Notes under the pieces: generated by a model | Databases searched by the model: none | Seen by the model: the letters and a program-made list of their open reading frames with translations, nothing else | What the model was told of the DNA's origin: nothing | Position numbers and translations under genes: made by a program | Assembly: GCA_963663165.1 (NCBI GenBank) | Contig: OY760175.1 | Location: forward strand, 4,320,001 to 4,384,000 | Length of the DNA stretch: 64,000 nucleotides | DNA from: an uncultured Desulfospira sp. | Lineage (GTDB): Bacteria > Desulfobacterota > Desulfobacteria > Desulfobacterales > Desulfobacteraceae | Direction: 5' to 3' | Part shown: in pieces, positions 46,470 through 57,327 of the stretch | How the letters are laid out: each line of letters opens with the position of its first letter | How positions within the stretch are numbered: position 1 is the stretch's first letter

Positions 46470-48208
46470 CCATGTCCTAGCGGACACAACGAAGCATGAA
46501 ACACTTGCAAATTTTGAAAAAAGGTCATAGCTATCAATTTTTTTTTCGACCAAGAAAAATATAAGGAGATAGCTATGACCAAGGGATCAAAAAATAGCAC
46601 ATTAATCCAAATTGTTCACCCAATTTGTTGTGGTTTGGATGTTCACAAAGACAAAATTTCAGCCTGTTTAATCACTGTTGATGGTAATGGGAAAGAACAG
46701 CATAAGATTCGAGAATTTTCATCATTTACTCAAGATTTGCAAAAAATGAAAATGTGGTTGATTGAAAACAGCTGTCCTGTAGTGGCAATGGAAAGTACCG
46801 GGGTATATTGGCATCCGGTTTATAACACCATTGAAGGTACGATGGAGGTTGTTTTGGTGAATGCCAGGCATATTAAAAATGTTCCAGGCAGAAAAACAGA
46901 CATCTGTGACAGTAAATGGCTTGCAGGACTGCTTCGTCATGGGTTGGTAAAAGGTAGTTTTATTCCCCCTGAACATGTTCGTGAATGGCGTGAGTTAAGC
47001 CGATTACGAAAAACATATACAGAATCTCTGGCTGATTATAAGCGACGTGTTCATAAATTATTTATCACGGCAAATATTAAAATTGATTCTGTTGTTTCTG
47101 ATTTGTTCGGGCTTACCGGTTTGAATCTCATTGATTTGTTATGCAAAAACGGTGAAGTGACTTTGGAAAAGGTCCAGGAATGCACAAAAGGAGGGCTTAA
47201 AAAGAAAATTCCTGAATTATATTTAAGCCTCCATGGATATTTTAAAGATCATCATCGATTCCAACTGATTGGCATGATGGAGGCCATTGAGATGTTTCAA
47301 AAACAGATTGAACAAATTGATGATAGATTGGAATTACTTACCCTCGACTATGAAAATTTACTGAAAAGGTTAGATGAAGTTCCCGGGATCGATAAAAAGT
47401 CAGCGCAATCCATTCTTGGAGAAGTCGGGGTCACATTGAATGAGTTTGAAAGCATGTCTGCTTTTGTTGCATGGGCCGGATTGTGCCCGGGAAACAATGA
47501 AAGCGCGGGTAAAAGGAAAAGCGGCCGGAACGCGGTTCGAAATCATCCATTCAAAACGATTTTAGTGCAGGCTGCATGGGCTGCAATTAAAAAGAAGGGC
47601 TCGTACTACAAGGCCAAATATTATAAGCTGAAGTCAAGGCGGGGTGCCAGAAAAGCGATTGTTGCCATAGCCCACAGGATAGCAAAAGCTATTTACAGCA
47701 TCATCAAAAACGGGGACATTTATAAAGACCTTGGCGAGGACTATTTAAGCAAACCCAATAAGCAAAGAATGTTGAAGAATTTGGCAAGAAAGGCGGATGA
47801 ATTAGGAATGAAACTTGTACCGTGTGAAAGCTGAATAACTTAGCAACATGTTTTGTACCGATATTGTTTAGAGGCGTACAACAGATAAATTGATTATTGA
47901 CTCAGTAATAAAAAGTCGGATGTTGAAATGAAGCCTTAGAGCGCGAATATAACATGACTGGTCGGTTTTTTGCACAACGAACTGTTAGTCCCCACCAGGG
48001 GAACTACGTATATAAAACTTATTTAAGTAAACTGACCACTACTGATGATTTAAGAAACTATCTTCTGTGCTTGAGATATTAACCAAACGGGAAATATTAT
48101 CGATTGGATATTAAAAAATTGTAACGCTAATCAAAATGTTTTGGGGCAAACCCATAAACCAACGGAATTCTATTCCCTTTTTACGGGGTAGTGTTTCATA
48201 TAAAATCC
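46470..48208 (+). mobile_element. IS110-family element (IS1111-like layout), 1739 bp including one CC core
   Basis: Ends defined by restoring the host ORF; CC core at 46468-46469 and 48207-48208; sub-terminal IR ATGAAACACT (46496-46505) / AGTGTTTCAT (48190-48199); about 370 bp of non-coding 3' end. Confidence 0.92.
46575..47834 (+). CDS. IS110-family transposase/recombinase
   Basis: DEDD motifs GLDVHK, MESTG, KTDICD; C-terminal VPGID, AGLCPGNNESAGK, AIVAIAHR; AAGGAG RBS. Confidence 0.97.
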   Translation: MTKGSKNSTLIQIVHPICCGLDVHKDKISACLITVDGNGKEQHKIREFSSFTQDLQKMKMWLIENSCPVVAMESTGVYWHPVYNTIEGTMEVVLVNARHIKNVPGRKTDICDSKWLAGLLRHGLVKGSFIPPEHVREWRELSRLRKTYTESLADYKRRVHKLFITANIKIDSVVSDLFGLTGLNLIDLLCKNGEVTLEKVQECTKGGLKKKIPELYLSLHGYFKDHHRFQLIGMMEAIEMFQKQIEQIDDRLELLTLDYENLLKRLDEVPGIDKKSAQSILGEVGVTLNEFESMSAFVAWAGLCPGNNESAGKRKSGRNAVRNHPFKTILVQAAWAAIKKKGSYYKAKYYKLKSRRGARKAIVAIAHRIAKAIYSIIKNGDIYKDLGEDYLSKPNKQRMLKNLARKADELGMKLVPCES

Positions 48209-51200
48209 GAAGATCTCCTGCCTGCTGTTTTTCACCACGGTGAAGCAGGCCCTGCGCAACGGTGTTTTGGAGGATATGGCCTATGCCCTGGCCGTGGCCT
48301 CCACCCCGTATATTCTGATTCGAAACGATTACCAGGCCGCTTTCAGGTACTGCCAGTATGCCATTCAGGTGGCTGCGGGCAATAAACGGGCTCTGGGCAA
48401 TGCCAAGCATATCCTTGTTCTGGTTTCCTGGCACTGGTGCAACCCCATCAAAGATGATACGGCCCTGGAAATTGCCTGGGATGCGCATCATCTGCTGATA
48501 CAGGGCGGTGATATCCAGATGGCGGGCTATACGCTATACGATACGGTGTCCTATCTGTGGGAACGTGGCGATCCCCTCGACAGGGTCCTGGCCGAGGCTG
48601 AAAAGGCCATGGAATTTAACCGGAAGACCCAGAACCTTCACGGCACCGCCGTCGTTTATCCCTATTCCCAGATAGTGAAAACCCTTATGGCAGAGGAGGG
48701 CGAATATTTAACCTTTTGCCGGGAAGGATTCAGCGAAGACGATTTTATCCGCCAAAACCAGGCCAACGCCATGGGGCTTTGCTTTTTGCACATTTTTAAA
48801 ATGCAGACGGCCTATCTGTTCGGTGATGTTGAAAAGGCCTATGAGCTGGGCCTTGAAGCTGAAAAACGGTTTATTTTCATTACCAGTTTCCTGGCTGCCC
48901 AGACCGGTCTGTTTTATTTGGGCTTAAGCGCCTGCGCGGTATTGAATCCTGCCGATAAAAAATGGGAAACCGTGACCCGGGCCCGTGACCAGATGCAGCA
49001 GTGGAGCCAGGGGGCCCCGGAAAATTTTAAGCACAAACTGCATTTGCTTGAGGCTGAAATCGCCCGGAAACAAAAGGATATTGCCCTGGCCGTCCGGTGC
49101 TATATGCAGGCGCTCCTGGCCGCCCGCCAAAACCGGTTTCTCCATGAAAACGCCTTAATTTGTGAACGGTTTTCCTCGTTCTGGGAGGAACAGGACAATG
49201 CGGAATTAGCAGAGTATTATGCCAAAGAAGCCTTTCATGCCTATGAGCTATGGGGCGCCAAAAGAAAATGTGCCCAGCTTCGCAGCAGACACCATACGGT
49301 CTATTTTGAAAGCCAGTTTCAGGATCTTGATCTGTTGAGCGTTATCAACGCCCAGAATATCCTGGCCCAGGAAACCAATATTGAAAAACTGCTCAAACAG
49401 ATGATGCAGGTGCTTCTTGAGGTCTCCGGGGCGGAACGGGGCTTTTTGATTTTAAAGGATACCCAGTGGGCCGTTGAAGCGTTTAAAAATACCCGGGGAG
49501 AAGAATTTTACCTGGAAAGCCGGCCCTTGAGCCGGGACATGTTGTCTGTGGATATGGTCAATTACGTGATCAGAACCGGCCAGTCCGCCCGGATTGACCA
49601 GTTTTCCATTCACCTGGAAGATGATTATTTAAACCGGGTTAAACCCCAGTCCCTGATCATCCTGCCCGCGGTGGTCAGTTCCAGAACTATTGCGGTCATT
49701 TACCTGGAGCATACGCGGATTAAAAACATGTTCTCATTGAACAAACAGGAAACCATCAAGCTGCTGTCCACCCAGATTGCCATCTCCTTGAACAATGCCA
49801 AAATTTACAATCAGCTGGAGCAGCGGGTTCAGGAAAGAACCCGTAAGCTGGCCGCCCAGAACGAAGCCCTGGCCATTGCCCGGAAAAAAGCCGAACAAGC
49901 CAATGCGGCCAAATCTGAATTTTTAAGCAACATGAGCCATGAGCTTCGCACCCCGTTGAACGCCGTGACCGGCTTCAGTGAGCTGCTCACCACCATGGTG
50001 TCGGACCCCCGGCAGAAAAGCTACCTGGAGGCCATTAAAACGTCGGGCCGGAACCTGTTGACCCTGATCAATGATATCCTTGACCTGTCCAAGATTGAGG
50101 CCGGTAAAATTGCCATTACCTATGCCCCGGTCAAGCTTGAGACCATATTCATGGAGATCCAGCAGATCTTCAAAATAAAATGCGAAGTTAAGAAGTTAAC
50201 CTTTCTGACCCATCTTTCAACCGATTTGCCGGATTGGCTGTATCTGGATGAGATCCGGATCAGGCAGATTTTATTCAATCTGGTAGGCAATGCCGTCAAA
50301 TTTACCCAGACCGGCGGTGTGACCTTATCGGCGGGGTTTATGGGTAAAGAACGGGGAAAGGGGAGGTTAACCATATCCGTGGAAGATACCGGCATCGGCA
50401 TCTCCAAAGAAGAACAGGACAATGTTTTTAAAGCCTTTGAGCAGGCAGATAAGCACGATACCGCCAAATACGGGGGAACCGGTTTGGGGCTCGCCATCAC
50501 CCGGCGGCTGGTGGAACTGATGGACGGGCAGATTTTTGTGTCCAGTACCATGGGTAAGGGCAGCCGGTTTGATGTTGAGTTCGCCGTTGTGGGAATCGCA
50601 TCTTCCTTCTCTGAAGCTTTTGAAACCAACACTCTCTCATTTGAGAATATCGCCTTTGATCCCGTAAAGGTCCTGGTGGTGGATGATGTTGAATCCAACC
50701 GGATATTGTTAAAGGAAACCCTGTCCAAGGTAAGCCTTGAGGTGATCACCGCAGCCAACGGCCATGAAGGCATACTGCTGGCCATTGAATACAAGCCCCG
50801 GCTGATTTTACTGGACATCAGGATGCCGCTTCTCAATGGCTTTGAAGCGTTGGATTTCCTCAAAAAAGTTGAGGATACCGCTCATATTCCCATTATTGCC
50901 ATGACAGCAGCACCTACCCGGGAAGAAAAGGCATCTGTTCTTGAGTACGGGTTTGACGGATATGTGGCAAAGCCCATTCATTTTGACCGGCTGATATCTG
51001 AAATCGCCCCCCACTTGGCCTATACGGTGAAGGAAAAAAAGCCGGCTGGTGTACCCGCCCCCCATGGGCTTCTCAACGTAACACCGGATCAGCCGGACGT
51101 ATTGTGCCGGCACTTAAAAGATGACGTTCTGCCCCGGTTTTATACCCTTAAAAAAGTTTTTACCGCAAATGAGTTTAAACAGCTTGGAGAATCCCTTGAT

Positions 51201-51354
51201 CAATTGGGCCGCCAGTTCCATATCGAGCCGCTTTCCCGGTACGGATCTCACATGCTGGCACTTTTAAGTGCCTTTGATATTAAACAGATGGATGAGTGCC
51301 TGGCGGGCTACTCACAAATGATTGAAACATTTATCCGAAATCTGGAGACGTCTG

Positions 51355-51921
51355 ATGGATGAAAAATTACCGTTGATTCTGGTCGTTGATGATAACCCGG
51401 AAAATATACAATACCTTGGCAATTTACTGATGGCCAACGGCTATGAGGTGGGGGTGGCCCAGAACGGTGTCGTTGCACTGGACTTTTGCGCCCTGCGGCT
51501 TCCGGATCTTATTTTACTGGATGTGATGATGCCTGAAATGGATGGCTATGAGTTTTGCACCCAGTTAAAAGCAGACCTGGGCACCAGCCATATACCGGTT
51601 ATCTTTTTGACCGCCAAAACCCAGACCCAGGATATTGTCAACGGGTTTGAGGCCGGCGGCGTCGATTATGTGTCCAAGCCCTTTATATCCGCTGAGCTGC
51701 TGGCCCGGGTGAAGACCCACGTGGAAATGAAGCAGTTAAGGCATTTGATTCCCATTTGTTCAGTGTGCAAAAAAGTAAGGGATTATGAAGGGCAGTGGCA
51801 TGATATGGAAACCTACGTCAGAAAATACTCTGATTCCAGATTCAGCCATGGCATGTGTTCAGAATGCGGCGATAAAATGTATGGCCATGAATCATGGTAT
51901 AACGGGAAGAAAAAAGATTAG
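51355..51921 (+). CDS. Response regulator (REC) with C-terminal CxxC...HGxCxxC domain
   Basis: VVDD, LLDVMMPEMDG, KPF; IPICSVCKKVRD...FSHGMCSEC; start MDEKL at 51355 overlaps the kinase stop. Confidence 0.92.
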   Translation: MDEKLPLILVVDDNPENIQYLGNLLMANGYEVGVAQNGVVALDFCALRLPDLILLDVMMPEMDGYEFCTQLKADLGTSHIPVIFLTAKTQTQDIVNGFEAGGVDYVSKPFISAELLARVKTHVEMKQLRHLIPICSVCKKVRDYEGQWHDMETYVRKYSDSRFSHGMCSECGDKMYGHESWYNGKKKD

Positions 51922-51992
51922 GATGAGTGATTTTTATGGTCATTAGCCCGGGAAAACCTGCCGGTTTCGTCAATTTACGGGGACATCCTTGT

Positions 51993-52742
51993 TTATTCCG
52001 GGGCATCCCACAGCCCCATATTCCGGAGCTGCTTTTCAGCGGCCGCTGCCCATCCCCGGTTGGCGGCGGGGCTGGCAGGGGATGGATGGAGCAATTGTCC
52101 AATGGAAACATCCAATCCCTTTAGCGCCCTTTGGCACGCGCTTTTGGCAAATGCCCCCACCCCTACCACCGTGTTGCTTTTCATTTCAGCCACTGTCCGG
52201 CGAAGTCCCCGGTCACATGCTGCAAAAAGGACCTGTTTTTCAGCGGCCGTCAACTTGTCCGGCGTAATGTTTTTCCCGGTTTTTCCCATAAAAACGAGCG
52301 GGCAGTAGTTCACCACAAAAAATTTTGAAAAAAATGCATCCGGCGTCTTATATTTGTCCCTGGCAAACCCCCAGAGCCTTGTGCCGCTGACCTCGCTGCG
52401 TTTGCAGTCAAATCCTTGAATGGGGCGTTTGGGGTGCTGGCAGGGCAAATTTTCAAGGGCTGCGTCTATGTTTAAAAACTCTCGCACCATGGTGGCATCC
52501 CCAAAAGGCACACCGGTCTGTGCCATCCCAAACGGTCCCGGATTCATTCCAACCCAAATGGCCGCACCGGGGAATGCGTATTTTTCAATGTACTTCACAA
52601 AGGGCTCCCTGGCATAGCTTAAGGGGTTATAAACATATTCAACCGGCGAATTAAAGGTTTGCCTGTTGGCTTCCCCGGCAAGTTCATCCGCAATTTGGAC
52701 CAGTCGTTTGGCCAGCGTTTCCATTTTTTTCTCCACAGTCAT
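51993..52742 (-). CDS. SMUG1-type (family 3) uracil-DNA glycosylase
   Basis: GMNPGPFGMAQTGVPFG motif 1, RSEVSGTRLW, NYCPL, HPSPASP motif 2. Confidence 0.93.
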   Translation of the reverse strand: MTVEKKMETLAKRLVQIADELAGEANRQTFNSPVEYVYNPLSYAREPFVKYIEKYAFPGAAIWVGMNPGPFGMAQTGVPFGDATMVREFLNIDAALENLPCQHPKRPIQGFDCKRSEVSGTRLWGFARDKYKTPDAFFSKFFVVNYCPLVFMGKTGKNITPDKLTAAEKQVLFAACDRGLRRTVAEMKSNTVVGVGAFAKSACQRALKGLDVSIGQLLHPSPASPAANRGWAAAAEKQLRNMGLWDAPE

Positions 52743-52766
52743 TTGGTTTTTCCGGGTAATTTACGG

Positions 52767-55700
52767 TCAATACCCCAGGAAAAACTGCCGGGTCCGGGCA
52801 TACCCCCTGGACAGGATGAGCTTGGACTCTTCGATCAGGGTGTACAGTGTCGGGACCACCACCAGGGTGAGCAGGGTGGCGATCAAGAGGCCGAAGATGA
52901 CCACAATGGCCATGGAACGCCACCACTGGCTGGATTCGCTGGACAGGGACAGGGCCATGACGTGAAAGTCGTAGGATATGCCAGTGACCATGGGCAACAG
53001 GCCCAAAATGGTGGTGACGGCCGTGAGCAGGACCGGCCGCAGCCGGGTGGCCCCTGCCGCCGTGGCCGCATCCCGGATGGACCGGCCTGACGCCCGAAGC
53101 TTATTGGTGTAGTCAATAAGGACAATGGCGTTGTTGACCACCACCCCGGCCAGGGAAATAATCCCCACCCCGGTCATGATGATGCCGAAGGGGGACCCGA
53201 TTACGGTCAGGCCCCAGAAGGCCCCGCCAAAGGATAAAACCACCGAAGTTAAGATAATGGCCGGCTGAATCACGGAGTTGAACAGGGTCACCAGGATCAG
53301 AAAAATTAAAAACAATGCAATTAAAAACGCCTTGGACAAAAATTTCTCCGCGTCCTCCTGTTCTTCGTTCTCCCCGGTGAACTGACAGGTATACCCTAAG
53401 GGAAGTTTCATATCCCTTAGCTTTTCTTCTGCCTGCATCCGGGCCACGGAACCGGGGACCTTGGTTTCATCCACGTTGGCCTTGACCGTGACCACCCGCT
53501 CATGGTTTTTCCGGACAATATCGCCTAAGGTCCCGCTGTATTCGATGGTGGCCAGGGTGGTTAAGGGAACGATTTGTCCGTTAGGGGCCGGGATCATCAG
53601 TTTCTGGAGAATATCAGACACCTTCCGGTCCGGCTCGGACAAAACCACCATGATGTCATAATCTTCATCCCCCTCGTAATAGGTGGACACATCCAGGCCG
53701 TTGTAGGCGATTTTCAGGGCATTGCCGATGGCGCTGGTGGTCAGGCCGAACAGGGCGGTTTTCTGCCGGTCAATGTGGACCTGGACGGCCGGGACTTCTC
53801 CCTGGTAATCGTCCCGGATATCTTCAACATGGGAGATGGTTTTCAGCGTTGTTTTAATGCGTTCCGCAATCTTGCTGAGGACTTTAAAGTTATCCCCACA
53901 AATTTCAATGTTGATGGGCGGCCCTGTGGGCGGGCCCTCTTTGAGTTCATCCACCGTGATCCTGACCCCGGGGATCAGGGCCACCCGCTTTCTGATTTCT
54001 TCCAGGTCTTTTTTGGTCGGGGATTTCCGGTGTTCAAACTCAATGAACTGGAGCCCGATATGGTTGGGCAGATTGGAATCAAACACGGAACTGCCCCCGG
54101 CATTCTGGACCATCCGGGTATACATGTGCTCAATATTGTTGATATGGGTGGGGGCCATGAAAACGGTCCCGTCATTGGTCTCATGTTCCTGCAGGGCCAC
54201 GGCGGTTTTGTAGTCGGTACTCTCAGAACCGCTGATGGCCATTTCCACCTGCCTGACGGTCTGGTCAATGAATTCCAGATCCGCCCCTTCAGGGGTATCA
54301 ATGTTGACATAGGCCGAGCCGGGATCGATGGCCGGGAAAAATTCCACGGGCTTTTCCACCCCCACCGTAAGCATCCAGACCTGAAAAAAAAGGACCAGTA
54401 CCACAAAGGAGGCCAGAAGGACGGCCACCTTATGGTCTAAAGCGGTTTTCAGCAGCCGGGCATAGGAGGAAAGCCAGATGCCTTTGATTTCGATGGGGTC
54501 CTCCCCCCTGGCCTGGATCTGTTCCGGGGTAAGGGTTTCAGCGGTGGTATCCGCAGATTTCGCCCGCATAAAATAGGCGCACATGGCCGGGTTGATGACC
54601 ATGGCCACGAACAGGGACGAGGCCAGGGTAACCATGAGGGTGATGGGCAGATACCGCATGAATTCGCCCATGATGCCGGGCCAGAAAATCATGGGAAAAA
54701 AGGCGGCCAGGGTGGTGAGGGTGGAGCCGATAACCGGCCAGGCCACCTCGCCGGTGGCCTTCATGGCGGCCTCCAGCCGCGGCACCCCCTGCTGCATGTA
54801 CCGGTAGATATTTTCGATAATAACAATGGCGTTGTCCACCAGCATGCCCAGGGCCAGGGTCAGGGAAAACAGGACCACCATGTTCAGGGTGATGCCCAAC
54901 GCCTGGAGGACACTGAAGGATAAAAACATGGAAAAGGGGATGGCAAGGCCCACCAAAAGGGCGTTCCGGAAGCCTAAAGCCACCAGCAGCACGGCCACCA
55001 CCAGAATCAGGCCCGAGATAATATTGTTTTCCAGGTCTGCCACCATGAGCTTGATGTCCCTGGATTTGTTCATGAGCTTGGTCACCGTGGTGTTTTTGGG
55101 AAAGGTTTTTTGGGCCTGTCTGACAATGGCATCAATTTTGTCTGATATGGCGATGATATTTTCCCCGACCCGTTTTTTAACGGAAATGTTGATGGCGTCC
55201 ACTCCGTTGAGCCGGGACCGTGAGGTTTCTTCCTTGATGCCGTCCACCACCGTTGCCACATCTTTAAGGTAGATGGGCCGGCCCTGGTGGGTGGCCACCA
55301 CAATGGTCAGGATTTCTTCAGGGGTTTCAAATTCGCCGGGCACCTTGAGCTGGTACCGCCCGTGCCCGAGAGTTATGGCCCCGCCCGAGGTGTTCTGGTT
55401 TTCACTGACCACGGCGTTTTGCAGGCTGGTAATGGGAATTTTGTAGTAGGCCAGTTTGTCCGTGTCCACTTCAATGCGGATTTCCCGGTCCTGGCCCCCG
55501 GTGATTTCCACCTCTAACACCCCGGGCACCCCCTCAATGTCATCCTTGAGGTCGTCGGCAATTTTTTTAAGCCGCCTGGGGCCGCAGTCCCCGGCCAGGG
55601 AATAGACCACAATGGGCATTTCAGAGATATTGACCTCATAGACCGACGGCTCATTTTCAAGGTCCGTGGGCAGATCGTTCCGGGCCTCATCCACCTTGTC

Positions 55701-56027
55701 CTTGACCTTGGTCAACACCTCGTCAATATCGGTTCCGGGCAGAAACTCAATGTTGATCTGGGAAAGGCCCTGGGAGGACACCGAACTGATGTTTTTTACC
55801 TTGTCCAGGCCCTTGAGCTTTTTTTCAATTTTAATGGTAATGGCGGTTTCAATGTCCGATGCCGACACCCCCCGGTAGTCGGTCTGGACAAACACATAAG
55901 GGATGGTGATGTCCGGGTCGCTTTCCCGGGGAAGGGAAATATACGAGTAAATCCCGACCACCAGAATGATCACCGTAAGGACCATGACGGATATCCGGTT
56001 GGTTACCGCCGCATCAGACAGGATCAT
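52767..56027 (-). CDS. RND efflux permease (AcrB family)
   Basis: 1086 aa; LPRESDPDI, GMLVDNAIVIIEN, GVVVNNAIVLID, RLRPVLLT. Confidence 0.96.
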   Translation of the reverse strand: MILSDAAVTNRISVMVLTVIILVVGIYSYISLPRESDPDITIPYVFVQTDYRGVSASDIETAITIKIEKKLKGLDKVKNISSVSSQGLSQINIEFLPGTDIDEVLTKVKDKVDEARNDLPTDLENEPSVYEVNISEMPIVVYSLAGDCGPRRLKKIADDLKDDIEGVPGVLEVEITGGQDREIRIEVDTDKLAYYKIPITSLQNAVVSENQNTSGGAITLGHGRYQLKVPGEFETPEEILTIVVATHQGRPIYLKDVATVVDGIKEETSRSRLNGVDAINISVKKRVGENIIAISDKIDAIVRQAQKTFPKNTTVTKLMNKSRDIKLMVADLENNIISGLILVVAVLLVALGFRNALLVGLAIPFSMFLSFSVLQALGITLNMVVLFSLTLALGMLVDNAIVIIENIYRYMQQGVPRLEAAMKATGEVAWPVIGSTLTTLAAFFPMIFWPGIMGEFMRYLPITLMVTLASSLFVAMVINPAMCAYFMRAKSADTTAETLTPEQIQARGEDPIEIKGIWLSSYARLLKTALDHKVAVLLASFVVLVLFFQVWMLTVGVEKPVEFFPAIDPGSAYVNIDTPEGADLEFIDQTVRQVEMAISGSESTDYKTAVALQEHETNDGTVFMAPTHINNIEHMYTRMVQNAGGSSVFDSNLPNHIGLQFIEFEHRKSPTKKDLEEIRKRVALIPGVRITVDELKEGPPTGPPINIEICGDNFKVLSKIAERIKTTLKTISHVEDIRDDYQGEVPAVQVHIDRQKTALFGLTTSAIGNALKIAYNGLDVSTYYEGDEDYDIMVVLSEPDRKVSDILQKLMIPAPNGQIVPLTTLATIEYSGTLGDIVRKNHERVVTVKANVDETKVPGSVARMQAEEKLRDMKLPLGYTCQFTGENEEQEDAEKFLSKAFLIALFLIFLILVTLFNSVIQPAIILTSVVLSFGGAFWGLTVIGSPFGIIMTGVGIISLAGVVVNNAIVLIDYTNKLRASGRSIRDAATAAGATRLRPVLLTAVTTILGLLPMVTGISYDFHVMALSLSSESSQWWRSMAIVVIFGLLIATLLTLVVVPTLYTLIEESKLILSRGYARTRQFFLGY

Positions 56028-57175
56028 AAGTTGAGTTCCTTAAGGCTTTTTACCCGGGCCGTTACATGAACTTTTTCATGGTCTTCAATGATCCGGTGGC
56101 CCAATACCACCACCTGCTCGCCGGGTTCAAGCCCCCGGGAAATCTGGGTGAGCCAGCCGGTCTGGAAACCGGTTGCCACCTCCCTGAACCGGACAATTCC
56201 CTGGTTTTCCACAAATACCCCGGTCTGGTTTTTCAGGGTGACCAGGGCATAGGTGGGTACGGCAAGGCCCTCAGGGTCTGTGTGTTTGACAATGGTCACC
56301 CGGGCAAACATATCCGGCAGGATCCGGCCATCGGTGTTGTCCACTTTAATTTCCAGGTTATAGAGCCTTGCCATGGGGTCCGCGCTTTTGTAAAGGTAGT
56401 GGCGGGTTCCGGCAAAGTGACTGGAATTCAAGGCATCCACAGTGATATCAAAACGGGACAGTTTCCGGACCGCGTCCACATCCGATTCCGGGATGCCCAC
56501 CTCGATTTTGAGTTTGTCCATCTGGAGGATGCCGGCCACCGGGTCCCCTACCCCGAGGAAACTGCCGACTTCAATGAAGGTCCGGTTCACCACCCCGGCC
56601 ATGGGGGAGCGAATGGTACTCCGGTCCAGGGCCAGTTTGGCATTTTCCATGGCCGCCTTGCTGGTCCTGACCTTTGCATCGGCATCATCCAGCTGGGCTG
56701 CGGTGACAAACTGCTTGCCGGACAGGGCCTTATACCGCTTGAGCGTGGTCAGGGCGGTTTCGTAATCGGCCAGGGCGGAATCATAGGAGTTTTGGTAATC
56801 GCGCGGGTCAATGAGGGCGATCATGTCGCCTTCTTCCACCGGCCGGCCCTGGTCGATTTTTTTGATCACCTTCCCCTGAACTTCAGAGACCACTTCCAAA
56901 GATATCCAGGGTTTGGCCACCCCGGGCAGGCTGATCTTTTCCAACAGTTCCCGGGGGATCATCTCAAGGGTGGTGACGTTGGTCAAGGTGTCCTGGCCGC
57001 TGTCCTGGCTGTGACGCTGGGCTTCAACGGCGGCCTTTTTTTCGGCAATTTTCTTGTGCAAAGGAATCACCAGAAAAACAACCACCAGAAACACCAGGAT
57101 AAAGGGGATGGCATGCCAGATCATCCGGCGCAACAACCTGGCCAACGAAGCTTTCTGTGACAGGGTGGGATCCAT
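56024..57175 (-). CDS. RND efflux periplasmic adaptor subunit
   Basis: N-terminal TM; VSEVQGKV, IRSPMAGVV, PDMFARV, GLEPGEQVVVLG; ATGA-type overlap with the permease. Confidence 0.93.
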   Translation of the reverse strand: MDPTLSQKASLARLLRRMIWHAIPFILVFLVVVFLVIPLHKKIAEKKAAVEAQRHSQDSGQDTLTNVTTLEMIPRELLEKISLPGVAKPWISLEVVSEVQGKVIKKIDQGRPVEEGDMIALIDPRDYQNSYDSALADYETALTTLKRYKALSGKQFVTAAQLDDADAKVRTSKAAMENAKLALDRSTIRSPMAGVVNRTFIEVGSFLGVGDPVAGILQMDKLKIEVGIPESDVDAVRKLSRFDITVDALNSSHFAGTRHYLYKSADPMARLYNLEIKVDNTDGRILPDMFARVTIVKHTDPEGLAVPTYALVTLKNQTGVFVENQGIVRFREVATGFQTGWLTQISRGLEPGEQVVVLGHRIIEDHEKVHVTARVKSLKELNL

Positions 57176-57327
57176 GGAAACAGTCCTGTAAATTAGTGAT
57201 AAATCCAGTTGTTTATTTCTATTGCGGTTCCAACAGCCTTTGTGTATTGTTTCACCGAGTAATGCTCTAATGTCCGAAACGGTTTTTCGTTTCCTGATAT
57301 TTTATCCACCAATAAAGTCAGTATTCT

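Larger units (their letters stand above)
43846..51362 (+). pseudogene. Giant hybrid sensor (Ser/Thr kinase-like, AAA ATPase, GAF, HisKA/HATPase, REC) interrupted by IS110
   Basis: Fragment 1 (43846-46469): APE, DYYAFG, GHAGVGKS, LDDMQWAD, GNPFF. Fragment 2 (48209-51362): GAF, SHELRTPLN, GGTGLGL, REC. Removing 46470-48208 rejoins the frame as ...FFYNPKISCLLFFTTVKQA... Confidence 0.92.

Noticed and set aside
43846..46530. 894-aa ORF as a complete standalone ATPase gene
   Set aside because: Its last ~19 codons are read-through into the IS110 left end; it is the 5' half of the interrupted kinase.
48190..48206. AGTGTTTCATATAAAAT and ATGAAACACT (46496) as further parS sites
   Set aside because: Only half-sites; better explained as the IS110 sub-terminal inverted repeats.
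56066..57160. 364-aa plus-strand ORF, and similar long ORFs at 4926-5630, 40030-40599, 50120-50863 and 53574-54440
   Set aside because: Shadow frames antisense to well-supported genes; no recognisable motifs.
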